A stretch of DNA of 64,000 nucleotides from Zygnema circumcarinatum SAG 698-1b (Eukaryota > Plantae > Zygnematophyceae): positions 1,426,001 to 1,490,000 of the forward strand of contig CM074808.1 of NCBI GenBank assembly GCA_037447605.1, read 5' to 3'. The translations under genes were made by a program, and so were the position numbers. This document shows, piece by piece, positions 47,984-62,450 of this stretch (its first letter is position 1; each line of letters opens with the position of its first letter). A model generated the notes under the pieces. It was not told the origin of the DNA. It worked only from the letters and a program-made list of their open reading frames with translations, and searched no databases.

Positions 47984-48140
47984 CCGACGGCCCGGGCGCT
48001 CCCATGCATCCAAGCATGCAGTCATTCGGCCTGCAGGGAGGGGAAGCTCTCAAGAGCTCTCAGGAGCTGGCAGGGCACAGCAGGCGGTAGGCCTTTCCTT
48101 CAGAGAGAGGGATTAAAGTAGGAGGAGGGAGCAGCCTGCG

Positions 48141-51100
48141 ATGGGTGTGCAGGGGCTGTGGGAGCTCCTTGCGCCAGTTGGCCGGCGGGTGTCGCTAGAG
48201 GCCATTGCAAATAAAAGGGTTGCTGTCGGTGAGTTTTTTGGCTCCTCGCTTTCATTTTGCTTTGCGGTTACCTGAGGAACGGGTAACCGGGTTGTTAGCT
48301 TGGTTTGAGGCTCTTACTTGCTTGATGCTAGGCCATATGATGTAGCCTTGCAAGACCTGCGATTAATATTCGGTCGTCAGAACTCTGTTTATTAATGTTC
48401 TTTAAAGGAGAAGTAGTTCTAGTAGCTCATGATTTTTAACCCTTTAGTGATTTCAGAATTAAATTGTCTAATTTACTTTCACTTCATGCCTCTCTGTGAG
48501 AAATTGATTAGGCCTCCCTTTGTCATAGGTACGGTCTTTTATCTCTTTGACATGTACGCTGCTGTTCCTTCGCGAAGGCTCCTCCTTGCAATCCTGCACA
48601 CAATCCCCGACAATTCGCACGAGCCTGCCTGCCATGCAGAGCGTAGTTTGTTTCACCTGTCATCCAGCCAAAATCGCCCGTACCTTGAAGAGCTCTAAGA
48701 GGGAGCCTGACCATTTCTGTTTGCTTCCGGGGCAGATGCTAGCATTTGGATCATTCAGTTGATGAAGGCGATGCGAGATGAACGCGGTGAAATGATCAGA
48801 AACGCGCACCTATTGGGATTTTTTCGGCGGATTTGCAAGCTGTTGTTTTTGAAGATTAAACCTGTATTCGTGTTCGATGGTGGCACTCCGGCGCTAAAGC
48901 GTCGAACAGTGATTGCAAGACGGCGTCAGAGGGAAAATGCACAGGCGAAGATTCGGAAAACTGCAGAAAAATTGCTTCTGAATCATGTGAGTTAGGCACA
49001 CGGTCATACGTGGAGTTACAACTTCCGTTTGAGAATGGTTGAAACGCAGTTTCTTCAATATCTTCATGACCACGGAGTAAACTATTAATCTGTAGCAGTT
49101 TCTTATCGTAAGACACCTGTGTGTGTTTGTCTCATTGTTCGTCTCTCCCTTTGCAGTTACGAACTCGCAAGATTGAAGAACTTGCTGGAAATCTGGAAAA
49201 CATGAAGGAGAAGGGTCCAGTGCGCAAAAGGAAAGGGAAAGTTAACGGGGAACAAACAGGGCCAACTTCCACTAAGGTGGACGCGGCAGGCCCTGCAGAA
49301 GCTGCACAAGTTCCAATCGTGCTCCAACCAGAGCCCCCAGCAGTTAAAGAAAATTCAAATGTGCAGAACAACATGGATCTCGGTGGGGTTGGTGCCCCCC
49401 AATCAACTGCCGCTATTGCTAATCAAGAGCAATCGGATGCCTTGTAAGGAACTCCAGACACAAGAGCAAAAAAGCAAAGAGCGGGAGGTGGGAAAGGGCT
49501 TTGTTTCCATGTTGCCCCCTGCTATGAGTTTGGTAATGAATGTGAGGGCCTTCAGATGACGAGAACAAAGGGCTCCCCAATAGTTTTGCTGTCCTTTAGC
49601 ACATTTTTAATTTTCACCAGATTGAAGTAGTAGAGCCCGTTTACACTGTTCACACAGGCAAGATTCTGGTTAATGAATCTTGTCTGCATACTTTTAGTGC
49701 AGTACAACTGCTAACGTGTATGAGTAACAGAAGAAATGTAGTCACATTTAGAAAAACGTATCTGACAAGGATTTTCCTTTTTCAGGCTCGCAGCGTCCCT
49801 GGCTGCGGAATGGGAAGATGAGGAGCTGGTGGAAAACGTACAACCCTTTCAGAAATCTCGTGAAGGAACAGTGCAATGGGGAGAGGGCGGGGGGGAGGAA
49901 GAGGAGGACGATGATGATGACAACCACGAAGTGATGCTGATGGTGAGGTCAGTGTCACAGACACTTGATTGAAAGTTGAAAGTAGCTCTATACTGGCAGA
50001 TAGTCTTCAAGTTCATAGAAATGGAAAAGCATTCTGGCGGTTTCCGCCAGTATCTGGAAGCTGTGCAAGAGTGCTTCGTTGCTAGTTGTGTAATTGACAC
50101 ATCTCTTGAAAGGTTGGAATTGGGATATCTTACATACTGCAAGTGTATGACTTGAATTACGGACGAAACTGTTATGGACCGAGTTTAATGAGTGGTTTTA
50201 GGTGGCTGACACCTGCCCTAGTGAGCACTTTTCGAGTAAGCGAACACGAGTATTATAAGATTCACAAGTACAACTTAATGTGCCGAATTTAACTTGATCC
50301 GACTCTGGGCCAACAGGGCTTCCATTGGTTAGGGATCGTATGCACTACTTTAAGCTACTGGATTAGAGGGGTTTCACCATAAGTAGTTTCTTAGCGAACC
50401 TCCTTCTAGAAGCTGCGCGATGTAAGAGGAGACTCCCCAGTGCCATTGGTGTAAAGCCCGAAACCTTTTTGCTGTCAAGGCTTCCGTGGAATACATAATA
50501 ATAGTAGTACATTCTTATTACTGGTATGAATTGTCATCATTGTTGCATTAGCCAAGCACAAAAATACGTGTGAAACATGCAAAAGACAGTTTCTTCACAA
50601 GCCACGGGTTCTAGTCGCAGCAGAACCATGAAACTCAGATGAATCAGGAAACCCTCCTTACGTTTCATGGGAATCGGTTGTCGATTGCAGCCGGGTGAAG
50701 GAAGCAGCGCTTTAGACCCTGCAGTGTTGGCCTCACTGCCCGCTTCTGTCCAATTGGAACTCATGGTACAGGTGAGCATCGGAGATGATGGAATGCTGCT
50801 GGATTCTGCTTACTGACCAGAGAGAGAGAGAGAGAGGCCTAAGCTTTGTCAAAAAAGTATGTTGATACTCTGTGCTCGTATGCTCTAAAATTAGCCTAAC
50901 AGGGTGGTGAAGTGTGGGGTGGTGCTGGTCTTGTATTAAATTATTATTGCAGATGAGAGAACAGATGGTGGCAGAGAATCGTGAAAAGTTCCAAAAAGTG
51001 GCTAAGGTTTGTATTGACTGGTCTCCTCAAAATCTCAAACTATGTCAAGGACATCAATCAACATAAGCAAATGAAACCCAGGCAATGAGCTGTGATTTGG

Positions 51101-54100
51101 GAATCGACTAGCTACAATTAGCATCTTTCCTGTATAGTTTTTCTGCGCGAGACATCAGTCAGAAATCAGTCTCGCCCTGGTGTTGATCCCTTCGGTTTTT
51201 AGGGTTTGCTGGCAGGCCCCGAGCCAGTTCTCATCCCTTCAAATCGAGGCTTATCTGAAGACTGTAGCCATGCGGCGGGAGATCACGAATGTGCAAAAGG
51301 CTTCTGCGGGGCTGGGGGTGGGAGGAGTACAAAGCACACGCATTGCATCGGAATCGAATAAAGAGTTTATCTTTTCATCCAACTTTAACGCGCCCACAAA
51401 GTAAGACACATAAGGGTACTTTTGACGAGCTCGTTTTATGGTATAAATAGTTTTTTTTAATTAAATTGCTTCTGGGGGAAAGTAGACAGCTGGAAAACGA
51501 ATATAGTGTACGTTTTTGATTTTTTTGGAAGCACTCTGCTTACCTTGCTTCTATTATTGCAGTTAGCTGATACGTCTGTATGCAGTCAAGCAGTAACTTG
51601 TAAGGTAATAATCCGTCATCTTAAATACGGATTGCAGGGCTCTGACTGCTCCCCTTGAGCAGCAAGAACCATCCCCTCTTGCCAACCTCTCCTTACAAAC
51701 ACCACCCAACGAGCCCCTTGTTCATTCCTCTATTCTCCTGCAAAGTGAGAATTCTGCTCGCACAAAGTTAAGCAGTGGGGAGAGGTCCAATGAAGAGGGG
51801 GAGAGGAGGGAGATGGAGAAGTCCCCAGCCCTTCCTTCCGTGCAGACTTATGTGGATGAGAAAGGGAAAACTCGAGTTAGCAGAGTACGAGGGATGGGGG
51901 TCCGCATGACTCGTGATTTGCAGTGGAACCTTTACCTTATGAAGGATCGAGAAGATAGCGGCAAGGCTGCCAAATTCCAGGAAGGGAATGCAAGTGATGG
52001 GGTTAGAGGTAATACTGGAGAAGCACTTGCAATTGCTGTGAATGTGGAGGGCGGAGACATGGACGAAGACGAGGACCTTTTTATGGCGCTTGTGAAGTCC
52101 ACACCGGAAGAAGACGGGGAGAAGGTGGAAGGTAATATGAAGGCCTCGGAAGGTTTAGGGGCTGATGATGATGATGACGATGTGGAGTGGGAAGATGGGG
52201 TCGGAGATTCTATGAATGGAATGCTTGAAGGGGTTGCAGAGAGTGGAGAATTAGCAGCCAATGGCGTCAAAGGAGCGAGCATTGACAGTAGTGCTGTTGA
52301 GGAGGATGTAGTGTGGGAAGATGGGTCTGAACAAGAGGGGAAAAAAGTACCCGTTGAGCTCCCAAAGCCCACAGATGAAGGGGAAAGGAGTGAGCAAGGT
52401 AGCCCCCTTGACTCCCTTGTGAGGCAGTCTCAGGGCAACAGCAGTGCTAATGCATTTGTTGAAATTGCTGGACCATCAAGTGGCCCATCTTCTTCTACAG
52501 GGCCTCAAAAGGCACAATATTATCCTGCTGCTTCTTTGTTCAAAGTGGTTCCCAATACTCAGTATGGCTTGGAGGAGCTGAGCGGCAGTACATCTTCAGT
52601 GCTGACAGAGGTTGTTGGAGGGAAAAACGGAGTTTTAGAAGGCAGCATAGATAAAACAGCAGGGCGTAGGATGGAGCAGTTGAAGAGTCATTTGGAGGAT
52701 GAATCAAATCTGCGAAAGGCTAATAGACTCAGCTTGCTAGGAGGGGAGATGTACAAGGTAGCAGGTCAGCTTGAAACAAGCAACATGGGAGAGCTCCGGC
52801 CCAGTCAGGTTGAAACAAAAGATGACGGTGATTTGGAAGAAGCAATCAGGTTAAGCCTAGAGGAACAGGGAAAGCAGACAGCCCTTTATGGTGATTCAGA
52901 CTCTTTACCCGGCAGTCCTGCTGGAGGCAGATGTCTTGCAGAGATAAAGGAAAATTCAAATAGCCCTATTTCGATTCCTGCTGTGGAGTCAGCACAGCCT
53001 TTTGGACCTTGGGAGGGAGAAAGCTATGGAGGAGGGGATGGCTTCAGGCTTTCAGAAAAAACGTCTGTGGCAGAGCCATATTGTAACGATGGGCAGAAGC
53101 TGAATCGGGTCTTCAAAGACCCACAAATAGGAGAAGATGGGCAGACATACCTAGAAGGTTTATCGGAAGAAGAGTTAATACAATTAGCAATACAGAGAAG
53201 TTTGGTGGAGGCTGTACCTGCAAAACAACTGACAATTCGCGAGCCGACATTAGTAGACGTAAAGTGGGGAGAGATGTGTGGAGAAGCGAAAGAGAAGGCA
53301 CAAGCAGAGATGGGCGGAAAGGAAGCAGGAGATTTTGAATCTAGAGAGCGGGCGAGGAAAGGGAAAAGAATCGTTGAAGACAAGATCGATGAATTAGATG
53401 GGACCGATGGGGCCTGCATAGCTCTGACCGAGAATGCAGAAGGGGCAGCGATAGAGAACTTGATTGGTGTTGGAGCGAGTGTAGAAGCAAATACTATTGA
53501 AATTGGACAAAGAGAAGGGCAAAGGAGAGGGCTTCCAACGCTCAGTGGACCCGGTGGGCATGCAGCAGATTCTAATGAATCGCAGAAAAAGGAAGGAGGA
53601 GAAGCAGAGGGGACTGAAGCTGGCGAATTTCATCCATCTTCTGAAGGACGAGATAGAGCACAAAGATTGGTTGGGGATGCTAACCAGAGTGCAAGTAGTA
53701 GTGGAGCTAATGGTGGCAGAAGTGAGCAGCGTAGCGGTTGGCCTCTAAGACATGATGCAATTCCACCCATCGATGAGGAGGAACTGTTGCAGGAAGCCAT
53801 GGCTATTGACTTGGCAGCAGAGCGTGCTGAGTTGGAAGAGAGAGAGACCAAGTTGGCGGCAGAGAGAGAGGCTCTCAGACATGAAGAGGCGGAGTTGCAG
53901 GCTGAGCTGGAAGAGGAGCGGAACGAGCTGCAGGCAAGCATTAACTACTTCGAGAATGTCCTTTGTGAGATCGTGAATTGAAAACTAGACCTTTGGCAGC
54001 TCAAAATCTTACTTCGTGTTTAGGATGCATTCATATTTTGGGGAAAGGAGATAGGTCACAGTGGCATTCAAGGAGAGATTCAGAAGCTAGAGTCGAGTCT

Positions 54101-57100
54101 CCTTCATTTTTCGACACATGGAAGTGAGAGTTTTAAAGGGAGGTTTTGGGTTGTATGGGTGAGAGCAGTTCCAAAACGAGCAGTTGATGCGAGAGGTGGA
54201 GGAGGAGAGGGTGCTTCTGCGTGAAGAAGCAGCTCAGCTGAGCTCCGCTCAGAGGAAGAATGCACGCGATGCGGAGTCTGTTACGGCTGAAATGTTCGAA
54301 GAATGTCAGGTACACCTCTCCTTTTCTTCAAGATTTCCTTCTTATCCAACACATCAGGGTTTGAGGAGCAAGTTGCCAGGATCGTGTTACTGAAAAAGTT
54401 GTAGTCAGCTGAATCCTGAAGAAAGGCTCCTTGCGTGGAAAAAAAACGTGAAAGGAAGAGAATTGCTGCCGCAAGGCCTGACTCGTTTTGTCTTAAAGCT
54501 GGTTTTGTGGCATTGGAATACAGTTTTGGAGAGGTTGTTTCTGCGATGCGTTTATGTGTGTCCCAACCGTTGATAACGATTATCTTGATCCAACCCTTTG
54601 GTTTTTCTTACTAAAAAAGTTCAACCCATCATCCCCATGTCACTACTCTGTAGTGTTTCTTGTGCTTCTTTCTGACATTTGAAGGTGGTCGGAACAGGAC
54701 CTACTGCAAATTTTTGGTATTCCGTACATTATCGCTCCCATGGAAGCGGAAGCGCAGTGCGCTTTCATGGACCAAACGAAGATGGTCGATGCAGTTGTGA
54801 CGGATGACTGCGACGTGTTCCTTTTTGGAGGCCGCAATGTCTTCAAAAATATTTTTGATGACAGAAAATATGTGGAGACCTACCTTATGAAAGATGTGGA
54901 AACAGAACTAGGGCTGACGAGAGAGAAACTGATCAACATGGCTCTGCTTTTGGGAAGTGATTACACTGAAGGAGTCAGGTGAGCATCTCAAAAGTGTTGG
55001 AGTTTGCTTCATTCTCAGACTCCATCCTGCAGCTTCATGTATTGCACGCTTTTCTCATTCAATAGTAGCTGCTGCTCGTATGCCTCAGTGCAATTTACTG
55101 AGGCAGACCAACAGCTTGTCTCCATTTGCTTGAGAGGCTACTTAAAAACAACATGAAAGCGTACTTAAAAAGCAATATGATAGTGTGTGTCTCTCATAGC
55201 GGTTTTAGAGGGGGGTATTGTTTTCTACAGCGGCATAGGCATTGTGAACGCAATCGAGGTGGTGAATGCATATGAGGGGCTGAGCGGCCTTCTCAAGTTC
55301 AAGCAGTGGGCCCTCTCCTTAGACGAAACTCTGCTAAACAAAGTGGAGGCAAGCAGTAGAGGGCGAGGCAGGAAGGGTCGTGGGAGAGGCAATCGCGGGA
55401 GGGCAAAGGGAGAAGGGGTCGCTCGAGCTGAAGGTGGAGAAGGGCAGGAGAGAGATGCAACGGTAGACAACGAGAGTGAAGCGGAGCAGAATGAGAAGGA
55501 AGTACAACAGAGAGTGTTTCAATCGAGGCATGTAAGTGGATGCCAAGAAAGTAGTCCCACCATGCTAAGAAGTTGTTGATGAAAATTTTAAAGTTGATGA
55601 AGTGACATTAGTATTACCACTTCCCATTCTTGCTTGCTCGCTAGTCGGTAAGATTTTTTTTTTTTTTTTGTTTACCATGGTAGCTCGTACAGAGCGTTTT
55701 CACCAAATGGACCCTCGTCTTTCAGGGGTGCCCTGACCTGATCTGCGTTGTTCCCTTATTCTGTAGAGAGGTGTGAGCAAGAACTGGAACATACCGGACA
55801 GCTTTCCGAGTGAAGCTGTGGTGTGCGCCTACCTCCGGCCTCAAGTCGATGACTCTTCTGACAAATTCACATGGGGCCGACCGGACCTTGACTCCTTACG
55901 GCTGTAAGGCTTGGTTTTTGCCTTCGCAGCATCAACTGTTGGAGGGTTACTAGGGCAATCAGCTGAACATCCAGATTGTATAGCAAAGTCAAAATATAAA
56001 CCTTTATCTCCACTGTCTTAATGAAACCGCAAAAGGAAAATGTTGCAAAGAACATTCTGGGGCTTCAACAGAAGTCTATGGGAGGTGGTTTAGGGTGTGC
56101 AGTACTTTCATGCTTTTTCCGGTCATCCGATTTCCAACACTGAATGGGGTCCATGGCTCGCTGCTTGTGGCAGGTTCTGCAGAGACAAGTTGTCGTTTTC
56201 CAGAGAGAAGGCCGACGAGATGTTGCTGCCGGTGATGAAGGCGTTCGAGAGTCATGAGGTGAGGGGAGGGCCTTGAAATGTTGAAAAGTTTGAAATGAAA
56301 CATGGCCGCATTGCCATGTTTCATTTCCAACTTTTCATTTTCAAACAACTAATTTCATTTTTTATCGAGCAAATGATGGAACGGGTGTTTGCAGCTCATT
56401 GAGAAAAATGTTCGTGGCGATGTGTTTCAAGTGGGAGAAATCAACTGTTTGTTCAAAGCATCTCCGAAATACTTTTGTCATACATCAAAGTCCACAATCC
56501 ATGTGAACTGGATAATCTCACTTCATGCTTGATTGTTGAACTTTAGCTTTGCTTTTTTTTTTTTTTTTCGTCTTGTATCGCAGACCCAACTCCGCCTTGA
56601 GGCATTCTACAGCTTCAATCAACGATTTGCTAAAATTCGGTCAAAGCGGATTCAGAAGGCTGTGACTGGAATCACAGGAAAACGGAACGCTGAGCTCACG
56701 GATCTGCCTGCTCAGTTTATGGCCCCTCGAAAACTGCCGGCCACAAAGAGAGGGAGGAAGAGCTCTGCCGAAGTCGGAGCTGCAGTTGAGAGTGGTTTAG
56801 AGCAAGAGGGAGCGAATGCAGCAAGGGGAAGGAAGCGAAAGGGGGTGAATCTAGAAGCTGGTGAAGGGAAAGGCAGTCGGAGTAAGGAGAGAACCACTGA
56901 TGGAGATGTTCAAACCTCGACTATGGCTAAACGTGGAGGAAGGAGAGGCAGGGGTAGGGGCGGGGGCAGAGGTGTTGGTGGGAGGACAGGAGCAGGGGAG
57001 GCATCGAGAGGAGAGGGAGAGTCTGCAGAGGAAGCTGTGGTTGCAGAAGTTCGGAGGGTATGTGTGTTGGGCATTTTGCTGAATGGCGCTCTTTGCAATG

Positions 57101-58024
57101 CTTGTTGAATTGTGGAGTTTTATGGAGATCACTCCTTAGGAAGATGTAGGAGTTTCGGTGTAGTTTTTGGGGAAGCTACGGCCATGTTTTGATCACCTGT
57201 TCGGTCATTTCTTTATTGAAATAGCAAAGGAAGGACCTCTAGATAAAGTCACTGCCTACCAGTTGTGTAACTCTTCCTTGTGGCGGGGTTGGATGCAGTC
57301 AAAGCGGCAGCGTAAAAGCATCCGATATGTTGATCCGAACTGTGAGGAGGAAGCTGCTAGCGATGGCGACTCTTGCAGCAAAGACTACGAACCCTCTGAC
57401 GACGAAGAAGGCGAAGCCGTACTCCGAGATATGCAGGCGGGAGGCTCCAACAACCTGGAAAGTACAAATCCGAGTTTTTCTAAACGCTGTGGGGAAGGTG
57501 GGGCTACCTTTGAGAGCTCACAGATGCCTCGTAATAGGGGAGAGCCTGTCCAGTGTGACCTGTCTGAAAGAAACTTGACGGGCAGCGGTGGCTACCTATT
57601 CAGTGGAGGTGGTTTCTGTTTGGAGGAGGAGGACAACCCGGAGGTGGAAGCAAACCCAGTGGGAGGAGGAGGCCGGCATCATGCAGACAGCGGAGGGGAA
57701 GACGGTGATTGCCTTGATGGGGATTCAAGAGCGCTGGACAATGCTCTGTCGAGAAGTTCAGAACTGTACAAAGACATGGTCGGAGTAAAGGGAGTGGCGG
57801 GGGAGGAAACGATAGCGAGTAGTCTCCAAAGGACCGGACTTAGTGATTTGCAGGAAACAGAGGATGAGCGGCAGAGGGAGGAAGGGAAGTCGTTAGGGTT
57901 TATGCCAGCAGAGCGTGTTGTGGCTGAAGGAGTCAGCGGTGAAGGGAACGAATCTGGAACTGGAAGGTTAAGGGCGGCTCCGTCTATGAAGCGGAGGAAG
58001 AAAGCTGCTCCTGATGCTATTTAG
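48141..58024 (+). CDS. UVH3: XPG/Rad2-family nucleotide-excision-repair endonuclease (UVH3), about 15 exons
   Basis: N domain [10 protein letters not shown]...VAVDASIW...KPVFVFDG (48141-48228, 48736-48986); acidic spacer exon 51638-~53933; I domain [50 protein letters not shown] (54698-54978, 55231-55531); [27 protein letters not shown] (56584-57057); last exon 57299-58024. Confidence 0.97.
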
Positions 58025-58801
58025 GGCCTGAAAATTTTGCAGCTGCTAGTTTCTTGAGCAGTCAGGGAAGGTCCCGTCTTTTTATGGGCGCATTCTTGCA
58101 GCTGTGAATCCTAGAAATGGTTAAAGACAAGCTCTGGCTTGCACTTGGGAAAAGATTTCTTGGCTCTAGACCTGTTGTGTATAATTTGGTTTCTGTATAT
58201 CTCTTTTGTTATAGCATTGTAAGTGTCATAATTGCGCCACACTCTGGAAGAGAGACCTGAATCCGAAGAAGCTCTGAACTCAAGTTGATCTGTGTGATAT
58301 CAGGGCTTTGTGCTCGATTTAGGGTTTTGACTTTTTCTGTAAACGACTGGCGTTATTCTGTATACCCCGGGAGACAGCTTTTGATCCAACATAGGAAAAT
58401 GAAAACCTTCGGCTCCCCTTTAGCTGCAGTAGTGCGGCTTGACAAACTAATTCCTTTTACTGATTTTCTGATTATCGTATAAAATGTAACCTGTTAAAAC
58501 TTCATTTAACGTAGATCCTGTAATAGCATGAGCATAACAACTAAATAAAATATGATTCTTAATTAACTGGAGCTGAAAAGCCCATTTGGCGCAAGCTATC
58601 AATCTTTTGAAAAGGTGTCTCGTTAGGAAAGTTTTTTCTTGACTTGTTTAGAGCTGCTGCATGCATTCCATAATATTGTACCGAATTCTTAGAAAGCTGG
58701 AACTCGGCCTTCCGTGAGCCGATCCAAAAGGGGAAAAACGGCGGATTACACAAAACGCCGCGTTTGATGAATTTTCATCGTCATCACGATGATGATGACT
58801 G

Positions 58802-58885
58802 TGTCAGGAAGGGGGTTCGAACCCCTGCCCTCTATCGAGGACCAGAACTTGAGTCTGGCGCCTTAGACCACTCGGCCACCCTGAC
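58802..58885 (-). tRNA. trnL-CAA: tRNA-Leu(CAA), intronless
   Basis: Reverse complement GTCAGGGTGGCCGAGTGGTCTAAGGCGCCAGACTCAAGTTCTGGTCCTCGATAGAGGGCAGGGGTTCGAACCCCCTTCCTGACA: 7-bp acceptor stem, CAA anticodon, long variable arm, TTCGAAC T-loop. Confidence 0.97.
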
Positions 58886-59775
58886 GATGTATATGGGTGC
58901 ACTTTTAAAGTGTATAAAATCTTGCTTTTCAAAATTCCACCATTGTTAACGCCTTCTACTACAGTACTGAAATGTGAGTTACCGGCTGGCTATACGGCTG
59001 CAGAGTAAGGCAGCGGATGAGGTTGGAAGGGCCGGCTCACCATGGAAGTGCCTGCGCGGCGTGGAAGGCTATTTCAGCTTGTTTGCATTTTTCTAAACCA
59101 TACAAGCCATGATCCACAATGACAAAACAGAGCTTTTGTTGCAATTGATAACCAGCAGTCAGAGGGACGAGATTGCAGGCGCCCCGACGAAGTATAGGAC
59201 GCGTAGCTGAAGTTTACGCTAGTTACTATGGAGGACAATAACAGATAATGGCGAACAGAAAGGAAGAAACACACCCCGAAAGAGCCCCGCCATTTCCAGA
59301 TGTAAAACCCCAAGCATTAATAGCTGTACAAAGTTGGCACAAGTGTTGAGTACCTTGACTCCAGGTGTTACCATCTGTCACGCCTACCAACTACTGGCTC
59401 AATATGAACCAATATGGTGAAGTCCTATACTGACTAAATACGGGAACATGAATCATCATCCCCACGGACACCAAACTAATAGTGATATCGATAGAAAGTG
59501 GCAGAACACAGTGCAGTGCAATGCCACGAAATTGGACACTAAAAAATGAGTCCTTCATGCAGAAGGACACGGTGACACTAAACATTTGAGCTTTCCTGCC
59601 AAAGGACACCGATCCTCAGGAACACTCGTGTAGTGCTGTCATGCAAATCCACCTCACTTGGGCGAATACAGACTCCAACAAATCAGAATTACCGAATTTT
59701 GATCACCGGACGTAATGGACGGCACCACTCCAAGCTTCCTCTCTGTACACGAAGCTTCGAACATGGATACATCCC

Positions 59776-62450
59776 TTACTGAACAAAACGGTCATGAAAT
59801 CCATCGTCAGAAAACCGGCACGAATTGCGCTCTCCCAGTAACACATAACGATGCTCGGCCACCCATTCATATAGAAGATCCCTCACAAAGCTGCACAGGA
59901 GGGAGCAGACCATATCAGTCAGCCTCTGCATTGAAAATGGCCGGATGAGTTTTCATGGAAGCCATTTCCCTCTTTGGGCCCAAGGAAAGCTTAACTATGA
60001 CGCCAAACAGTTGCAGCACAAGTCTGCAGAACCTGCGAAATTAAAGAGACCATGTTTAACAAGAAGTCCACTTTGCTTGCGACCCAACATGACAACTGTG
60101 AGCAGACACGTACGAAGGTGTCAGGAGTCCAGTAGCTGCCAAGGCCGGGTACGGCAGTCTCAGGCGTTGCCCAATCCTCATAACAGCGTCAGATCTAGTG
60201 AAAGATCTGCATCGCAAAAACAAACAGTGGAGGTTAAACCAACGGGCATGGTTACAGAAATACAACTCGGTTTCACATGCTTCTTGTGGAAGGGTGACAT
60301 CTCATCCATAGCCCAAGTGCAGCTGCATACAGGTGGTCCCACTTTGTCAGTTTCTCAAAATTTGATTGATTGGAATTGCAAACTTCCAGTCCCAAGAAAG
60401 CCTGAAAAGTTACCGATTCTTCTCTACGAGCACAATACTGGAGATATCGTCTGGTGAGCGGCCCGATCGTTCCAGAAGTGCACGGCCTGCAGGGCTCTGC
60501 AATGCAGCAAATCGCAACTTCCTGCAATCCCACGCCTCGTAGAAACACATAAGTAAACATCGACGATGCTGCTGCCTCAAGCTGGACATAAACAGCTTTA
60601 TGCACTTTTAGCAGTAATGTCCCAACACGTACGTGTGTGAGAATCATTCAGATGTTAGCAGCTAAACAACATGCCTGCGAAGTTTAGCTGTGATCTAATT
60701 ACATTTGAAAGACCAATCCACCTGTGAGATAGTGCATACGGATTTACGACAATTCCATCGTTTGGAAGCTATATCAAGAATATGCCGCCGTTAATATCAA
60801 GCAAAACAGTGGAACGATCCATTCAGCAGTGTTGCAAATCGAGGGAGGTGTAAATTTATTCATGCTATTTCATTTGAAATCAGTATTGAACTTCAATTAA
60901 TGGACAAGTTGAGGTCGAACAGACTGCTTCAGAATTTCAGACTTTCATGCCGGACTGCTTTATGCCATCTCCCGACACGATAGTTGACTAAGGAGATGCA
61001 CATAACTGCCGGGGACTTTCTTTCGTTCTTTTTTTCTTCCTACAGACGGGCAAAAGCTTACCCAACAGGATCATTGTCGAGAACGAAATTGACCCCAGCA
61101 TTACACAGGTTGCAAACACCTGCACAGTTATATAAAGACAAAAAAAATCACCTGGCATGTTAATTGCTGAGAATAGCTTGCACAACAGAATAAAATAAAA
61201 ATGATTATCTTCATGTAAAGAGCAAATTGCTTCACGCCATCTTCAGCTGAGTACTGCGATTCCTACACATGCAAAAAAAAAGGGTCCGCTAAATGCATGC
61301 GCTATGTGTCTGACTCAGAGAACATCAGGGCAAAGGCATTCGCCAGAAGAATCCAAGCATTAACGCTTGCAACATGACAAGTCATCGACCCTGCATCACT
61401 ACACCGCAGAAGATGCAAAGCATGCAATGAAAACATGGAAGCTCTGCAGTTTCATCCGGCAACTTTTTCGGCTTTGTATCAACGACGGAAGTGCACACTG
61501 ACAGTTTCTAGCTGCAGTGTCTACAGACACTTCACCTTGTCAGGATGCATGCAAAAGAGAAAATCACTCACTGGATCTGTTCCGACACAAAATGCTAGGA
61601 ACCGTACCGACAATCAAACGATTCGTGAGATCTTCAAATCAGAAAAAGCTTTCTTTGTCATTCGAGCTGCTTGCAGTAATTCCGCAAGGAATAGAGGTGA
61701 AGTGCAACATCGTTGACCATAAAGGACCCTACTGGGTGCCAGCAATATTTGATAATTTCCACAAGCCTTTTATGCAATCAAGGACTAAAATGGGACCGTG
61801 CCAATCTAGCATGAAAAAGAAGGCATGCAGAATTGTCAATAGCCATGTTATGCTTCAACCACTCAGAGCTCTAGTCAATAGGCATCAGGAAGCTCCACTT
61901 AACAAAGCATGGCCGTTTGTGGTGGAACGGCCTTCACAAGAATTTCCACGAAACAAACTATTAAACAAGCAGCCGAAGACGCTTCTGGCTTCATTCGCAA
62001 TTGCATAAGAGATTCAAGATACTGACCATCAAATAAAATTACTGGTCTGTCGTCCGTGGTGAAGTAATCGTCAGATTTGTGAGCAATCCCTCTATTGATT
62101 GTAGCATCTGCGCTTTCAAGCGACGACGGTGCTGCCCGTCCCTCAGCCACTGCAAGCTGTGCAGTGCTCGGTTTCACATACGCGGACTTTTGTGCAACCA
62201 ATGGCGCCTGCTTGACAGTCAGCGGAGATCGCAAACCACCTTGACTCAACCAATCGCTCTCATTCCTTTTACTCTCACCCTTCGACCTACTCCCCAGGCT
62301 ACCAAAAACGCTAGCCACGGCAAGATGCGCCGAATTGATACGCTGCAGACTCCGTCCATGCTGACAGAAATGGACTCCCAACTCCTCTCCAACAAACCCA
62401 GAAGTAAGCACCAGCCTTCCCCGCACAGACGACCGCAGCACAGCCTCCAT
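59776..62450 (-). CDS. DCC-family (DUF393) thioredoxin-like thiol-disulfide oxidoreductase with organellar transit peptide, 5 exons
   Basis: Exons 62450-62027 (long S/R/A-rich N-terminus, RPVILFDG), 61119-61062 (VCNLCNAGVNFVLDND; DxxCxxC), 60521-60414 (LRFAALQSPAGRALL), 60206-60114, 59890-59776 (RDLLYEWVAEHRY...CR, TAA). Confidence 0.93.

Noticed and set aside
54790-54830. TDDCD instead of TDDSD in the XPG I domain as a sign of inactivity
   Set aside because: All catalytic acidic residues (VD, FDG, EAE, DDxD, GSD) are intact.
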